From positions 1 through 60,188 of IMG/VR virus record IMGVR_UViG_3300020074_002050: 60,188 bases of DNA. The stretch is one strand, 5' to 3'. Position numbers and translations under genes: made by a program. This document shows positions 34,935 through 45,239 of the stretch, piece by piece. The stretch comes from a virus (taxonomy: Duplodnaviria; Caudoviricetes). Under the pieces are notes generated by a model, which saw only the letters and a program-made list of their open reading frames with translations, made no database searches and was not told the DNA's origin. The first letter of the stretch is position 1, and every line of letters begins with the position of its first letter.

Positions 34935-37483
34935 TCTACGTCAGATAGTTTCATATATATCTTATCATCTAAGATACCAATACCCTCAATCCATAACACA
35001 TCTTCACCTTTTCTGCCAGTGAAAACCACAATATTTTCTTTTTCTGGTATCTTAAGACCATCTTCAAGATATTCTGTTAATTTTTGATGTTTTCCACCAT
35101 CTAAAAACATTGCACTTACACTGCCAACTTCGTCTTTTAACTGAAAACGATAGAATGTCGAATTAGACTTCTTAGTCTTACCTTTATAAACCTCATCAAT
35201 AACCCCAACCATTTTAATACGATCTTCTTTATAAACAGAATGAAATTCTAAAGTATCAGTAAAACTATATTCTGACTGTTTAAAAATAGTTTTTAATCTT
35301 ATTGATGGCGTATAGCCAAGAAGCTTGTTTTCAAAAACCCAGTTGGCAAATTTTTCATGGTTTTTGTTTTGTTCGTATATCTTCTTATACTCGTCATATT
35401 TTTTCTTAAAAGTACTCTTTCTCTTTTCGGTCATGAATGGCTTGCCGTTTTCATTAAGACAAACTCCCTTAAAAGCACATTCACTAACAATGTTTAGAAT
35501 ATCATAATTATATTTTAATGCTACAGAATATGCAAATTTCTTTTCTTTATCGGACAGTAGATTGAATGTTTGAGCTTCAAGAACTAATCGTGAACGTCTA
35601 TGCGTATATGAACTTAAAGTTCCAGCTTGAATAAGAGATGATAATAAACCAATATTAATACCAGCTTGCTTTGCAGCAATAAATATGTCGAACTTAGTTG
35701 GAGTGTTAGTTTCGCGAAAATTCTGTAGAGACTGTAAAGTTTTTTCAGATACACCTTTGATAGAGTTAAGACCGAATCGAATATTATTCTCTTCAATCTT
35801 AAAATCTAATGCAGACTTAGCTAAATCCGGCGGTAAAAGAATGATATTAAAGTGCAAAAGCTCTTTTGATATTTTACTAATTTCATGATGAGAATCTGGC
35901 TCATGCTTAGATAATCTTAGCAAAGCTAGAAAAAACTCATGAGGGTACTTAAATTTAAGATAAATAGTCCAAGCAGCAAGAATTGCATACGAGATTGAAT
36001 GAGATTTATTAAATGAGTAATTAGCTGAATCTTCGGCAACTTTCCACAACACATCACCAATTGCAGGATCTAAATTCTGCTCAGATACTTTCTGACGAAT
36101 TTTACCTTGCCACGCTGGCATCTGATCCACTTTTTTCTTACCTACGATTCGGCGCAACTGTTCTGACTCATCTAAAGTAAATCCAACACGAACTGCCATC
36201 TTCATCAACTGTTCTTGATACAAAGGAATGCCTCCAGTATATGAAAGCTCTTCTTTAAAGAAGTCATGTACTAATTGAAATACGCCTGACGCAGAATAGG
36301 TGGCATATTGATCGGCAAAGTCCAAAGCACCGGGACGAGCAATAGCAACGACTGCACTGAGTTGTTCCAAAGACTTTGGCCTGACCTTGCGACAGACTTT
36401 AAAGTTAGTTTCTGCTTCAATCTGAAATAAACCTTGAGGGGTACGAAGATTTTGGAGACTCTCATAAATAAAAGGATCTTCAGGATCAATAGAAGTCATT
36501 TCAATATTTAGTCTTTTACATACCTCGTTTACGACAGTTAAAGTACGAAGACCAAGAACATCGAATTTAACCATAAGTTCAGCTACATAATTCATGTCGT
36601 AGCCACTAACTAAATCGCCATCAGAAGTTTTTTGAACAGGACAAACTTCTTCAATCTTATAGTAAGAAATAGCAATGCCTGATGGGTGAACACCTGTATT
36701 TTTATTTAAACCTTCAATCTTTTTAGCGATCTCAAAGAGATTTTTATTTTGATCTACCCATTGTTTAAACTTTTCATTTTCTTTGTAAGCTTCTTCTAGC
36801 TCAAATACACGGCCAAATAGTTTTGGAATATTATCACTGACTTCGTTAACTTCTGTTTCTGAATATGAGCTAACGATTTTGCCGCATTCTTTGATACAAA
36901 GTTTACTTGATAGAGTATTTAAAGTAAGAATTTTAGATGTCTTACCAAGATGTTTTTTTTCAATATATGAAATAACTTCTGCACGACGATCATAACTAAT
37001 ATCATTATCTACATCGGGTAACAGCGATCCATCAAGATAAGTAATGTCATCTTTAATTATTTTCTTAGCGCGAGAACGACTCACAAATCGTTCAAAAAAT
37101 AAACCGTATTTGATTGGGTCTACTTTCGTAACACCTACAAGATACAAGACCAAAGAACCTGCGGCACTACCACGACCAGCACCAGTAGGAATATTGTTTT
37201 CATGACAGAATTTAAGAATGTCCCAGTTGAGTAGTACATAATCAACGAAGTCAAGTTCTTTGAAGATGTCTAGCTCCATCTCCAAACGCTCAATGTACTG
37301 ATTATTGTTTAATTGTAGATTGTTTAAACTTCTATAGCAAAGTGTCTTTAGAAATGTAAAGTTGTCAGATGAAATGGGTATTTGCAACTGATCGTAATAT
37401 TTACCTTCAATAGAAATTTGAGGTAATCGAACGCCGGGAAGCATGGCGTTATCGTAAGGTTTGATATCTTCTAAAAAATTCAT
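34931..37483 (-). CDS. dnaE: DNA polymerase III alpha, catalytic part (no PHP domain)
   Basis: GRGSAAGS, PDVDND, HPSG, KFDVLGL, YQEQLM, YSFNKSHS. Confidence 0.92.
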   Translation of the reverse strand: MNFLEDIKPYDNAMLPGVRLPQISIEGKYYDQLQIPISSDNFTFLKTLCYRSLNNLQLNNNQYIERLEMELDIFKELDFVDYVLLNWDILKFCHENNIPTGAGRGSAAGSLVLYLVGVTKVDPIKYGLFFERFVSRSRAKKIIKDDITYLDGSLLPDVDNDISYDRRAEVISYIEKKHLGKTSKILTLNTLSSKLCIKECGKIVSSYSETEVNEVSDNIPKLFGRVFELEEAYKENEKFKQWVDQNKNLFEIAKKIEGLNKNTGVHPSGIAISYYKIEEVCPVQKTSDGDLVSGYDMNYVAELMVKFDVLGLRTLTVVNEVCKRLNIEMTSIDPEDPFIYESLQNLRTPQGLFQIEAETNFKVCRKVRPKSLEQLSAVVAIARPGALDFADQYATYSASGVFQLVHDFFKEELSYTGGIPLYQEQLMKMAVRVGFTLDESEQLRRIVGKKKVDQMPAWQGKIRQKVSEQNLDPAIGDVLWKVAEDSANYSFNKSHSISYAILAAWTIYLKFKYPHEFFLALLRLSKHEPDSHHEISKISKELLHFNIILLPPDLAKSALDFKIEENNIRFGLNSIKGVSEKTLQSLQNFRETNTPTKFDIFIAAKQAGINIGLLSSLIQAGTLSSYTHRRSRLVLEAQTFNLLSDKEKKFAYSVALKYNYDILNIVSECAFKGVCLNENGKPFMTEKRKSTFKKKYDEYKKIYEQNKNHEKFANWVFENKLLGYTPSIRLKTIFKQSEYSFTDTLEFHSVYKEDRIKMVGVIDEVYKGKTKKSNSTFYRFQLKDEVGSVSAMFLDGGKHQKLTEYLEDGLKIPEKENIVVFTGRKGEDVLWIEGIGILDDKIYMKLSDVE

Positions 37484-38109
37484 ATCTCAATTTGCCATAA
37501 CTGCTTCTGAAAAATCTTAAAATTCATCTGAACGTCGTACATTGAATTATGAAGCATGTTCTCGTCGAAGTCAATCTTATAATCTTTTAACTGAGCTTTG
37601 ATACTTGTCTTCAAGCCTTTTTGTCGAAAATCATTCAATCGATATTGCCAAAAGGTAAAATCCGTATCCTTCTGGGGCTTAAGATCTTTTTTTATAGCTT
37701 TGGCTATACAATTCGTATCTATAATTCTTTTTATATAAGAAAAATCAGTTTTTTGTCCTAAAAGTTTGCGATAGATATTGTGAATATAAACATCAAATCC
37801 AAGAAGATTCTGTCCAATGATTAAATAATCTTCATCATAAATATATGATTCAAAAGTAAATAAAACTTCTTTAGGATCTGCTGCTAGTGAATGATATTTA
37901 CGTTCGTCAAAGTGTGTAACAAGTTTGGCACCTTCAGATAGTTTTAAATTAGGCCAGTAAATATAATTATCAACCTCTTTTACTATGTTGTTTCCTTTGG
38001 CAATAATATAACTTAGCTGCCAAGGTTTATTACTATCATCTAAAAGATTTAGATGACATGTTTCAAAATCAAAACAAATGTACTTTTGTTCTTTATTAAA
38101 TCGTAACAT
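37480..38109 (-). CDS. DEDDh 3'-5' exonuclease (epsilon-like)
   Basis: FDFET, GQN..GFD, IDT, HNSMYDV. Confidence 0.85.
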   Translation of the reverse strand: MLRFNKEQKYICFDFETCHLNLLDDSNKPWQLSYIIAKGNNIVKEVDNYIYWPNLKLSEGAKLVTHFDERKYHSLAADPKEVLFTFESYIYDEDYLIIGQNLLGFDVYIHNIYRKLLGQKTDFSYIKRIIDTNCIAKAIKKDLKPQKDTDFTFWQYRLNDFRQKGLKTSIKAQLKDYKIDFDENMLHNSMYDVQMNFKIFQKQLWQIEI

Positions 38110-38854
38110 TTTCTTCCTTCCATGCCTCAAAGCTGAATTTATCGCTGCAAAAATGAGGTAGCTCTGGTTTTTCTAATGATCTCTCTTTACCGAATGATCT
38201 ATTGCAAATAATCTTGTAAGTCATAAAAGCTTTGACATCTGACTTTTTATTGTAATAAATAGTGCGGACTTTAACGACAGGAATGTCATTATTTGTTGCG
38301 AACTCGTTCACTTTTTCCTCTAAAAGATGATCCAATGCTAATGCATTATTCTCCAAGAATAAACTTGGTTTAGTAAATGATATATCAGGAACTGCGTTTC
38401 CAAAAGCAAAATTATTGATATAAATAAAAGAATCGTAGAATGGAATGGCAAGCTTTAAATGTTCATTGTTCCACAATTCTTTCAAATCTGTGTAATCCAA
38501 GAATCCAGTATTCGTGCAAAAAGCTCTCGAATATATTTTATTGAGAAGTTTGCATCCGTCGCTATCTTTGGCGAACACAATAACCTTATGTTCGCTTTGA
38601 GAATCTTCTGGTAATGCAGAATTCCTCATTGAGATTCTTAGTCCAAAAATGAGTTGAATACCCATTTCTTTACTGCGTTTATACGCTTCAAAGAATCCAA
38701 TGAGAGTATCTTCTACGAGTATTATCTGTTTTAAATTATTATCTTTAGCGATCTTAAAGATGCTATCTGATCCACCTTCGGTTACTTTCTTTGGATCATC
38801 TAAAGTAAGTATAGATTTTCCTATACTAAAGTGAGATTTAAACAACGGCAGCAT
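38096..38854 (-). CDS. Stand-alone DnaE-type PHP domain
   Basis: KSHFS..KS, IFGL, VFAKDSDG..LNKIYS; metal ligands partly degenerate. Confidence 0.8.
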   Translation of the reverse strand: MLPLFKSHFSIGKSILTLDDPKKVTEGGSDSIFKIAKDNNLKQIILVEDTLIGFFEAYKRSKEMGIQLIFGLRISMRNSALPEDSQSEHKVIVFAKDSDGCKLLNKIYSRAFCTNTGFLDYTDLKELWNNEHLKLAIPFYDSFIYINNFAFGNAVPDISFTKPSLFLENNALALDHLLEEKVNEFATNNDIPVVKVRTIYYNKKSDVKAFMTYKIICNRSFGKERSLEKPELPHFCSDKFSFEAWKEENVTI

Positions 38855-38863
38855 AGTTCGTTC

Positions 38864-38891
38864 ATCCTAACACGAAATTAGAACTTGTCAA
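38864..38891 (-). promoter_or_regulatory. sigma70-type promoter of the PHP-exo-dnaE operon
   Basis: TTGACA-N16-TAGGAT, 9 nt to ATG. Confidence 0.65.
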
Positions 38892-39921
38892 GATCAAAAG
38901 GATCGATGATTTCAGCAGATTTAAAACAGGGACAACCATAATATTTCTTTTTTATTATTTTTTCTCCATCAAATAATTTAATTCCCGCCAATTCTTTTTT
39001 TGTAAATGCTGATTTTTTGATCTTTTCATCTTTATCTACTATGGCAAAATAGTCAAATCCAAATTTATATGTGCAATACCACATTGGAGTTCCGTCTTTC
39101 TTTAATTGATCACGCTCCTTAGCGAATCCGCACAAGAGTTTTCCGGCAAAACTGCCGTCTTTAGGTATGCCTTGATTCGCCGCCATGTTTGATGTAGCAG
39201 TTTTTTCATTAAATGAATCAGCGTATTTTTGGTAGCCTGTTAGTTCATGTTCAAAACCAATTAATTCATACTTGGTTTTTGTTTGCATGGGCATTACAGC
39301 ATTATCATTTAAATCTTGCTTTAAAAACAAGAATTCCATTTTGATGTTCTTGAGTTCTGGATAAAGTTTTCTAATCGCAAGAGTGTAAATATAATCTTGC
39401 AAATTGTCAGAAATTTCTTTACCTTCATACTTCTTTTTATTAGTTTTGAAGTCACGAATAAGAACTAGGCTGATGTTTTTATAGATATATAATTTATCTA
39501 TAAACCCTTTGACTTTGTATTGAATATCTTCTTGTTCTACGGTAAGCTCGAAATCTTTTTCTGAAATTATTTGAGATGGTTCGCCGTATTGCTTGCCAAA
39601 AAAGTCATACATCAAACCATTTAATGTCATGACGCAAATATCATTTATTTGATTTTTTTCATTAAGATTTTTATGTTTAGCGTGTTTATAGACAAGTCTT
39701 TTAACAGCTTTAGAAGCAAAAATATTTTTTTTCGCAAGTATTTTAGTATAATGTTTTTTGTGCCTTGGCGCACCAAGACACTCAAGAACAATATGCACAG
39801 TATCGCCAATCAACGCTCCAGAATTAGTTTTATCTGGTAGCTTTAATATGTATTTGCACCAATACTGCCATGAGCAGGATTTAAGTGTTTTAATTTTACT
39901 GGCAGATAATGTCTCCTTCAA
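38878..39921 (-). CDS. PD-(D/E)XK nuclease, AddB/RecB/Cas4-like
   Basis: LSASKI...C, G..VH..LE, GFIDKL, DFKT, Q..IY; C-terminal Cys residues. Confidence 0.85.
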   Translation of the reverse strand: MKETLSASKIKTLKSCSWQYWCKYILKLPDKTNSGALIGDTVHIVLECLGAPRHKKHYTKILAKKNIFASKAVKRLVYKHAKHKNLNEKNQINDICVMTLNGLMYDFFGKQYGEPSQIISEKDFELTVEQEDIQYKVKGFIDKLYIYKNISLVLIRDFKTNKKKYEGKEISDNLQDYIYTLAIRKLYPELKNIKMEFLFLKQDLNDNAVMPMQTKTKYELIGFEHELTGYQKYADSFNEKTATSNMAANQGIPKDGSFAGKLLCGFAKERDQLKKDGTPMWYCTYKFGFDYFAIVDKDEKIKKSAFTKKELAGIKLFDGEKIIKKKYYGCPCFKSAEIIDPFDLDKF

Positions 39922-40997
39922 AGCTTCAAACTTTCTAGATAATTTTTTAATATAGAAATAGATTTCTTATCTTTGTCGGTATTATATACATAATCTAGTA
40001 TATATTCTATTTGGGTGATTCTATTTCTTGTTTTGTTCTCCCATTGTTCTAAACTTATTCCTTTTTCAAGCATTTCTCCAAAATCTTTACAGATAGGAAG
40101 TTTTATTTTAACTTTATCGATATCAATATATTTAATGAGTTTAAGAAAAATTTTTATGGCGGCTTGAAGTCCACGATTGTCGGTTTTGTTGCGATCATTA
40201 TTGGTAGCAATTATGACTTCATCAACAGATAAGGACATGAGATATGACAATTGCTTAGAGCTGATTTCTAATCCAAAAACCACAAGATGATTATGATATC
40301 CTTGCTGTGATAAGGCAAGACTATCACCGATACCTTCAACTAAAATTATACTGCGTTTTTTTTCAATAGTTTTAGAAAAAATATTGTCTTCTTGAGACTG
40401 TATATTAATTGGATATATCCAACCAGTTTTCTTGCCTAAATGTTTCCATTTTGGAAAACTAGAATTTGTTTTCCATAATAAATGTCTGCCGCTTATACCA
40501 ATAACTTTTTTATTTTCATCAAAGATTGGAAACACAAAACGGCCATTCATTCTACCTGACATTGAAAATCCGCAACGATAAAGTTCAAGAATAGCTGTAT
40601 CTATGCCTTTCTTATTATAATAATCATAATGAGGTAAAAGAGTTTTTATTTCGTCATGATCAAAGAATTGTTCTGTTTCCATTTTTGGAGTCCTAATTGA
40701 TTCTGTGAATGATTCGTTATTATTTTTGATAGAAACAAGTATTTCTTCTATTTTAGAATCGTCGTTGCAGCTTAATTCTAATAATCTTTTGAATGGCTGA
40801 TAAGAAGTATTAGCCACAAAATCGCGCCAAATACCAGTGTCTTTCCAAATTTGTAATGCCGTGCGGTTATCACCGTTTCTGTATACAGCGTTGCATTGCC
40901 AGTATTTACCGCGATCAGATAAATTATAACCAAGATCAATTAAGATCTTTTCAATCTGATTTACTTGATTATTAATCGAGGTTAGGTACGTCGTCAT
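39918..40997 (-). CDS. DNA primase (TOPRIM)
   Basis: RFVFPI...GISGR, PKWKH, LVEGIGD, KDFGEM. Confidence 0.85.
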   Translation of the reverse strand: MTTYLTSINNQVNQIEKILIDLGYNLSDRGKYWQCNAVYRNGDNRTALQIWKDTGIWRDFVANTSYQPFKRLLELSCNDDSKIEEILVSIKNNNESFTESIRTPKMETEQFFDHDEIKTLLPHYDYYNKKGIDTAILELYRCGFSMSGRMNGRFVFPIFDENKKVIGISGRHLLWKTNSSFPKWKHLGKKTGWIYPINIQSQEDNIFSKTIEKKRSIILVEGIGDSLALSQQGYHNHLVVFGLEISSKQLSYLMSLSVDEVIIATNNDRNKTDNRGLQAAIKIFLKLIKYIDIDKVKIKLPICKDFGEMLEKGISLEQWENKTRNRITQIEYILDYVYNTDKDKKSISILKNYLESLKL

Positions 40998-42486
40998 TAT
41001 TGTCCTTGGCTACAGTTGCGGTTGTCGAAATATTGTCCACAATGTCTCTGTAATCACCTTTTTCAGTAACACAAAAATTAACAATTTCTAAATTAACAAA
41101 ATTTTTCTTTAAAGTACCATCTGAAAGTTTTACTGGATTGATTGCGCCAGCTATGTCTTTGCCAAGATGGCGAGCTTTAACATTAATAAATTTATGAGTT
41201 CCATAGCCAACTTCATTCTGTAATTCATCAAAAGTCTTCTGACGAAGAATGAACATATGAGATGAGAATTGAGTAATTCTATCTGACAAAGAAACGATAC
41301 TTTCGTCATCAGTTACATTCGCGGCACTCTTATTTGTTACAATACCTGCGCGATTTGACTGAACAGATGTCATCATTGATATACATGGCCCTTTATCACT
41401 TTTAATATCTTTTTGAATGCATCGCTTGTATTTATCTACCATTTCACCAACAAGTTGCCATTCGGTTTTATTGCTAGTATGTTCACTTGTAGTTTTGATA
41501 TAATCAAAACTAAAAATAAGAGGATTTCCACGGCCTATTCTAGAATAATAGAATCTCTTTAAAACACTTATTTGTGCATCAATACTCATTCCACCGACAT
41601 TATAATAATAAAGATGCTTGTATTGTTTTTTTATAGTCTTCCAAGCAAGACGAACATTTTCAACAATTTCTGTACCTGCTTTACGCCAATTTCCGCTTTC
41701 CAGTAGATGCATCGGTACTTTAGTCATGGCGGCACATTGTCTAAATATCAATTCATCTTTACTCATTTCTCCGTTATCAAAATGAAGGACTGGAACTTCA
41801 TATCTTTCTGAAACTTTCGTTGTAAAATCTAAACAAAATTGAGTTTTACCTACACCTGAACGAGCTACGATTACGGTAATATTTCCAGGTCTTAGCAAAG
41901 ATCCATACATGTCTTGAACTTTAGGATGAGGACCAGCAAAACCGAATTCTGTTACTGGATTGTTGCCACGCTCTTCAATAAGAGCTTCCATTTCAGCAAA
42001 AATATCTTCTGGTTGATCTGCGCCTGTTTCATATAAATTTATTTGATCATTATATAATTTATCCGCAGTTTCAACAATTGTTTTATAATCAGAAGATGGA
42101 GATATCGACTTCATCTTCTTATTTATATCAGCAGCGCATAAAGATATTTCGCGACGGATTGTATATTTCTTTAATTCTTTAGCTACGCTGATAATAGACT
42201 CAGGAGAAATTTTCTTTAACGATAATGATTCAATATAATCTGATGGATTAATATTGTCTTCGAAAGTTACTCCATAATTTTTAACTCTTTGAGAGATAAC
42301 TACGTCGTCAATTTTCTCGCCATTGTCTATGGCTTGACGAAGTACGCAAAAAATAGTACGGTTAATTTTAGAACTTTCGCTCCAAAAGTCTTTCTCGGTT
42401 ACAAATGACGCAACTTCAGCATAACGATCTGGATATTTAATCAATCCAGCAAGCAATTGCGTCTCTAAATCATATGAATAAATCAT
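40972..42486 (-). CDS. dnaB: Replicative helicase DnaB-like
   Basis: ARSGVGKT, NGEM, FDYIK, QSNR, KARH. Confidence 0.9.
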   Translation of the reverse strand: MIYSYDLETQLLAGLIKYPDRYAEVASFVTEKDFWSESSKINRTIFCVLRQAIDNGEKIDDVVISQRVKNYGVTFEDNINPSDYIESLSLKKISPESIISVAKELKKYTIRREISLCAADINKKMKSISPSSDYKTIVETADKLYNDQINLYETGADQPEDIFAEMEALIEERGNNPVTEFGFAGPHPKVQDMYGSLLRPGNITVIVARSGVGKTQFCLDFTTKVSERYEVPVLHFDNGEMSKDELIFRQCAAMTKVPMHLLESGNWRKAGTEIVENVRLAWKTIKKQYKHLYYYNVGGMSIDAQISVLKRFYYSRIGRGNPLIFSFDYIKTTSEHTSNKTEWQLVGEMVDKYKRCIQKDIKSDKGPCISMMTSVQSNRAGIVTNKSAANVTDDESIVSLSDRITQFSSHMFILRQKTFDELQNEVGYGTHKFINVKARHLGKDIAGAINPVKLSDGTLKKNFVNLEIVNFCVTEKGDYRDIVDNISTTATVAKDNNDDVPNLD

Positions 42487-42495
42487 GCCAAAACC

Positions 42496-42524
42496 ACCGT
42501 ATCAGGTTTCTTCGCTGATGTCAA
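42496..42524 (-). promoter_or_regulatory. sigma70-type promoter of dnaB
   Basis: TTGACA-N17-TACGGT, 9 nt to ATG. Confidence 0.5.
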
Positions 42525-42762
42525 TGGAATCTTGACTGTTATTCACTTCATTTAAATATTTTTCTAAAGCTTTAACCAATCCCATTTCTACGATTGCATT
42601 CGCCACCTTAGTATAAATTGTCGGACAACCATCTTGCGAAACATAAGCGACTATAAAACCCTTGGAAGATTCATCAGATCCAGTAAACTCATACAATTTA
42701 TTAAAATAATTTTCAGGAATTTTAAATTGCTTAAAATTCTCTGATTGCGAATCTTTTTTCAT
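42502..42762 (-). CDS. Hypothetical protein
   Basis: 86-aa ORF with GTGTAA motif. Confidence 0.65.
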   Translation of the reverse strand: MKKDSQSENFKQFKIPENYFNKLYEFTGSDESSKGFIVAYVSQDGCPTIYTKVANAIVEMGLVKALEKYLNEVNNSQDSIDISEET

Positions 42763-42763
42763 T

Positions 42764-43177
42764 TTATAATATTACACCTTGACTTTCAAAAAGATGTTTA
42801 TTTATTATATCATTTTCATAAATTGTTACAAGTTTAATCTTATTAAGTTCACAAAATCGTTCTTTTTTCTTATCTCTATTTAACTGATGTAGAAAATTCA
42901 TTCTATTTTGATGAAAAAATTCAACATAACCAGTATGTTGTCTGCCTTGGACTTCTATGGCTATTTTTTTATTAGCATTATAAAAGTCCAAACTTAGACG
43001 AGTCCCAACAATAGGAAATTCTTCAAATACAATATTATGAAGCCAATAGTTTCGTAAAAATTTTTTGACCTCTGTTTGAAATTTACTACGGCTATCGATT
43101 GTCCAGTTGATAATATAATCGCGAGCGTTCTTACAACGTTTTTTTTTATTATTGAGTGATAGAAATTCCATCGCCAA
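42764..43177 (-). CDS. DUF559/Vsr-like endonuclease
   Basis: SLDFY..IAIEVQGRQH...RDKKK..FC. Confidence 0.75.
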   Translation of the reverse strand: MAMEFLSLNNKKKRCKNARDYIINWTIDSRSKFQTEVKKFLRNYWLHNIVFEEFPIVGTRLSLDFYNANKKIAIEVQGRQHTGYVEFFHQNRMNFLHQLNRDKKKERFCELNKIKLVTIYENDIINKHLFESQGVIL

Positions 43178-44318
43178 AATTTAGTAAATTTTCACTGATA
43201 TACTTATAGAAGAAGTTCTTAAGCTTTTCATTGTCATTAACAATTTGTTCAAACTTAGCAGATCCTTGAATTTGAGCAGGAAACTCTGTGAATCCAGCTT
43301 CTTTTAAAGTATTAAGAAAGTCTTCGTCAAAACTAATCCAAGCTCCCTTCTTAATTGCAATTTCCCACATAGTTAGAAAATCAAAAATTTCCTTTTCCAC
43401 CCAATTCGAAGTACCATTCTTTCGTCCATATTTAATTGGATATCGAATAGTACAATTAGTGCGTTCGTTTGGAGACTTCTTTACAACAATCTTAACAAAA
43501 TGTCCAAGATAAGGATTCTTTTGTTCGTCATAAGAAGCGTTAGGATCTTCAAGAATCAAATCACCCTTGAAACGAGAATCAAATTCGAAAATCCAATTTG
43601 CAAAATGTAGCAAAGCATTACCACCGGTTGCGGTAGTTTGGCGAATAGGAGCTTTGCTGTATGGATCTAGTTTAATGTCGGCACGAACCTGAGAAATAAA
43701 TATTGCAATATGACCGCGCTTCTGAAGCGCAATCGAAATGCGTTTCATTAGATCTGCTGCAATTACTGCGCCACCAGCAACTTTTTGAGATTCTTCAAAA
43801 GTCTTGTCAAGATCTCCCTTTCTGATAAGACCATCTACAGAATCTAATAAAAAGAAATATTGAATCTTTTCATCATTCTTACCGACAAGTTCTCTCATTG
43901 CATCAAATACGGTTTCATGAATGTTTGATTCAAAAACAAAACAAGTGCCTTCAACCCATTGATCCTCATCAAATACAAATTTAACTCCAGATCGTTCAAT
44001 CATTTCTTTACTCAAACGACCCTCTGCTTTTATATAAAATCCCTTACGCTTTTTTGACTGATCTAAAAAATTCTTCATGAACTGAAGGGCACAGCTGGTC
44101 TTGCCGCCTTCATTTATACCACAGAATCTATGAAGTCCCGTTCCTAAACCACCAGTAAGAAAATAATCAAGCAATAAACTGCTACTTGAAACTTTATAGT
44201 CGATACTCGGCTCAAAATTGTAATGTGAATCTTTATTATTCTTCAAGAAGCTTTTTAGTTGCTCTTGAGAAGTTGTAATTTTATTTGTGTCTGTATCTTC
44301 TTTAATTTTTCTACTCAT
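43149..44318 (-). CDS. recA: RecA/UvsX-like recombinase
   Basis: GINEGGKTS, LDSV, FISQVR, TGGNALLHFA. Confidence 0.85.
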   Translation of the reverse strand: MSRKIKEDTDTNKITTSQEQLKSFLKNNKDSHYNFEPSIDYKVSSSSLLLDYFLTGGLGTGLHRFCGINEGGKTSCALQFMKNFLDQSKKRKGFYIKAEGRLSKEMIERSGVKFVFDEDQWVEGTCFVFESNIHETVFDAMRELVGKNDEKIQYFFLLDSVDGLIRKGDLDKTFEESQKVAGGAVIAADLMKRISIALQKRGHIAIFISQVRADIKLDPYSKAPIRQTTATGGNALLHFANWIFEFDSRFKGDLILEDPNASYDEQKNPYLGHFVKIVVKKSPNERTNCTIRYPIKYGRKNGTSNWVEKEIFDFLTMWEIAIKKGAWISFDEDFLNTLKEAGFTEFPAQIQGSAKFEQIVNDNEKLKNFFYKYISENLLNFGDGISITQ

Positions 44319-44635
44319 TTTAAAAAATCTTTAATTGTTCTCGGTTTTACCTTTATATTGTAATCATCGCCTAGCTTGTCGCCAAGTTTAATTTCGGGGT
44401 TTTTGAATTCAGGTTGAAAAATAAATCTCTTATATTTATCCGCTATTCCATTCGCATCTTCACCAGCATATAACGTCAAACAATCAACTTTGTCAACAGA
44501 AAGTTGATCCCAAAATTTAGGGTCTGGAAATTTCTTCAGAAGACTATTTAATAGTCTAAATTGCATACCCCAAAAATGTTTTGGATTTTTTTGAGGTATA
44601 TGCAAAAGCTTTTTCAGAAGCTCTCGTTTGTTCAC
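44315..44635 (-). CDS. Hypothetical protein (GTG start)
   Basis: First ORF of the recA operon. Confidence 0.65.
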   Translation of the reverse strand: MNKRELLKKLLHIPQKNPKHFWGMQFRLLNSLLKKFPDPKFWDQLSVDKVDCLTLYAGEDANGIADKYKRFIFQPEFKNPEIKLGDKLGDDYNIKVKPRTIKDFLK

Positions 44636-44642
44636 GCTATGG

Positions 44643-44670
44643 ACGATAACATGAAAAATGGAACTGTCAA
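44643..44670 (-). promoter_or_regulatory. sigma70-type promoter, near-leaderless
   Basis: TTGACA-N16-TATCGT, 7 nt to GTG. Confidence 0.7.
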
Positions 44671-44674
44671 GATG

Positions 44675-44700
44675 AAAAAACCGCTAGTTGCCTAGCGGTT
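44675..44700 (-). terminator. Intrinsic terminator
   Basis: AACCGCTAG-4nt-CTAGCGGTT with T-run on minus strand. Confidence 0.75.
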
Positions 44701-44706
44701 AAAATA

Positions 44707-45237
44707 TTAAGCTTTTGGATCGAACGTTGAGCTTTGTAACTGTGGATTTTTAGGAGCAGATGAATTCTGTTCAGCTTTTAGCTTTTCGTCTATTTTAATT
44801 CCTTCGTTTGTTAAGTGAATATTAATTTCTGCAGTTGAAGGCGCTGATTCTTGTGGAAACACGGCGATTTGAGCGGCTTCAGACTTTTCGCCTTCAGGTG
44901 ATTCACCTGCTTCTTTTTTACCTTGATCATTCAACTTGCCTTCTTTACGCATTTTATTCAAAATAGCTTTTTGAAGAGCAGGAGGTAAAGTTTTTTGCTT
45001 TTCAGTCAGTTGACCGGACATCTCGTTTAGCATTGATCTATTTTTCATATATGACATACCGCACATATATTTAGCATCGCTGCTGGACATACCTGCTGTA
45101 TTTACAAATGCATCGTCTTTCAACATGCACTCGCTCATATATTCACTATGCATTTCTGTTTCATCATCTTCAATTACATTAGATAATGAAATCTCTGCTA
45201 CTAAATTTTTGTTGTCGAATTTAAATGTTGTTTTCAT
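44707..45237 (-). CDS. Hypothetical protein, possibly head-associated
   Basis: LTEKQKTLPPALQKAI motif; low complexity. Confidence 0.6.
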   Translation of the reverse strand: MKTTFKFDNKNLVAEISLSNVIEDDETEMHSEYMSECMLKDDAFVNTAGMSSSDAKYMCGMSYMKNRSMLNEMSGQLTEKQKTLPPALQKAILNKMRKEGKLNDQGKKEAGESPEGEKSEAAQIAVFPQESAPSTAEINIHLTNEGIKIDEKLKAEQNSSAPKNPQLQSSTFDPKA

Positions 45238-45239
45238 TG

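Noticed and set aside
38878-39921. CRISPR-Cas system suggested by the Cas4-like nuclease
   Set aside because: No repeat-spacer array or other cas genes seen; context is replication/recombination
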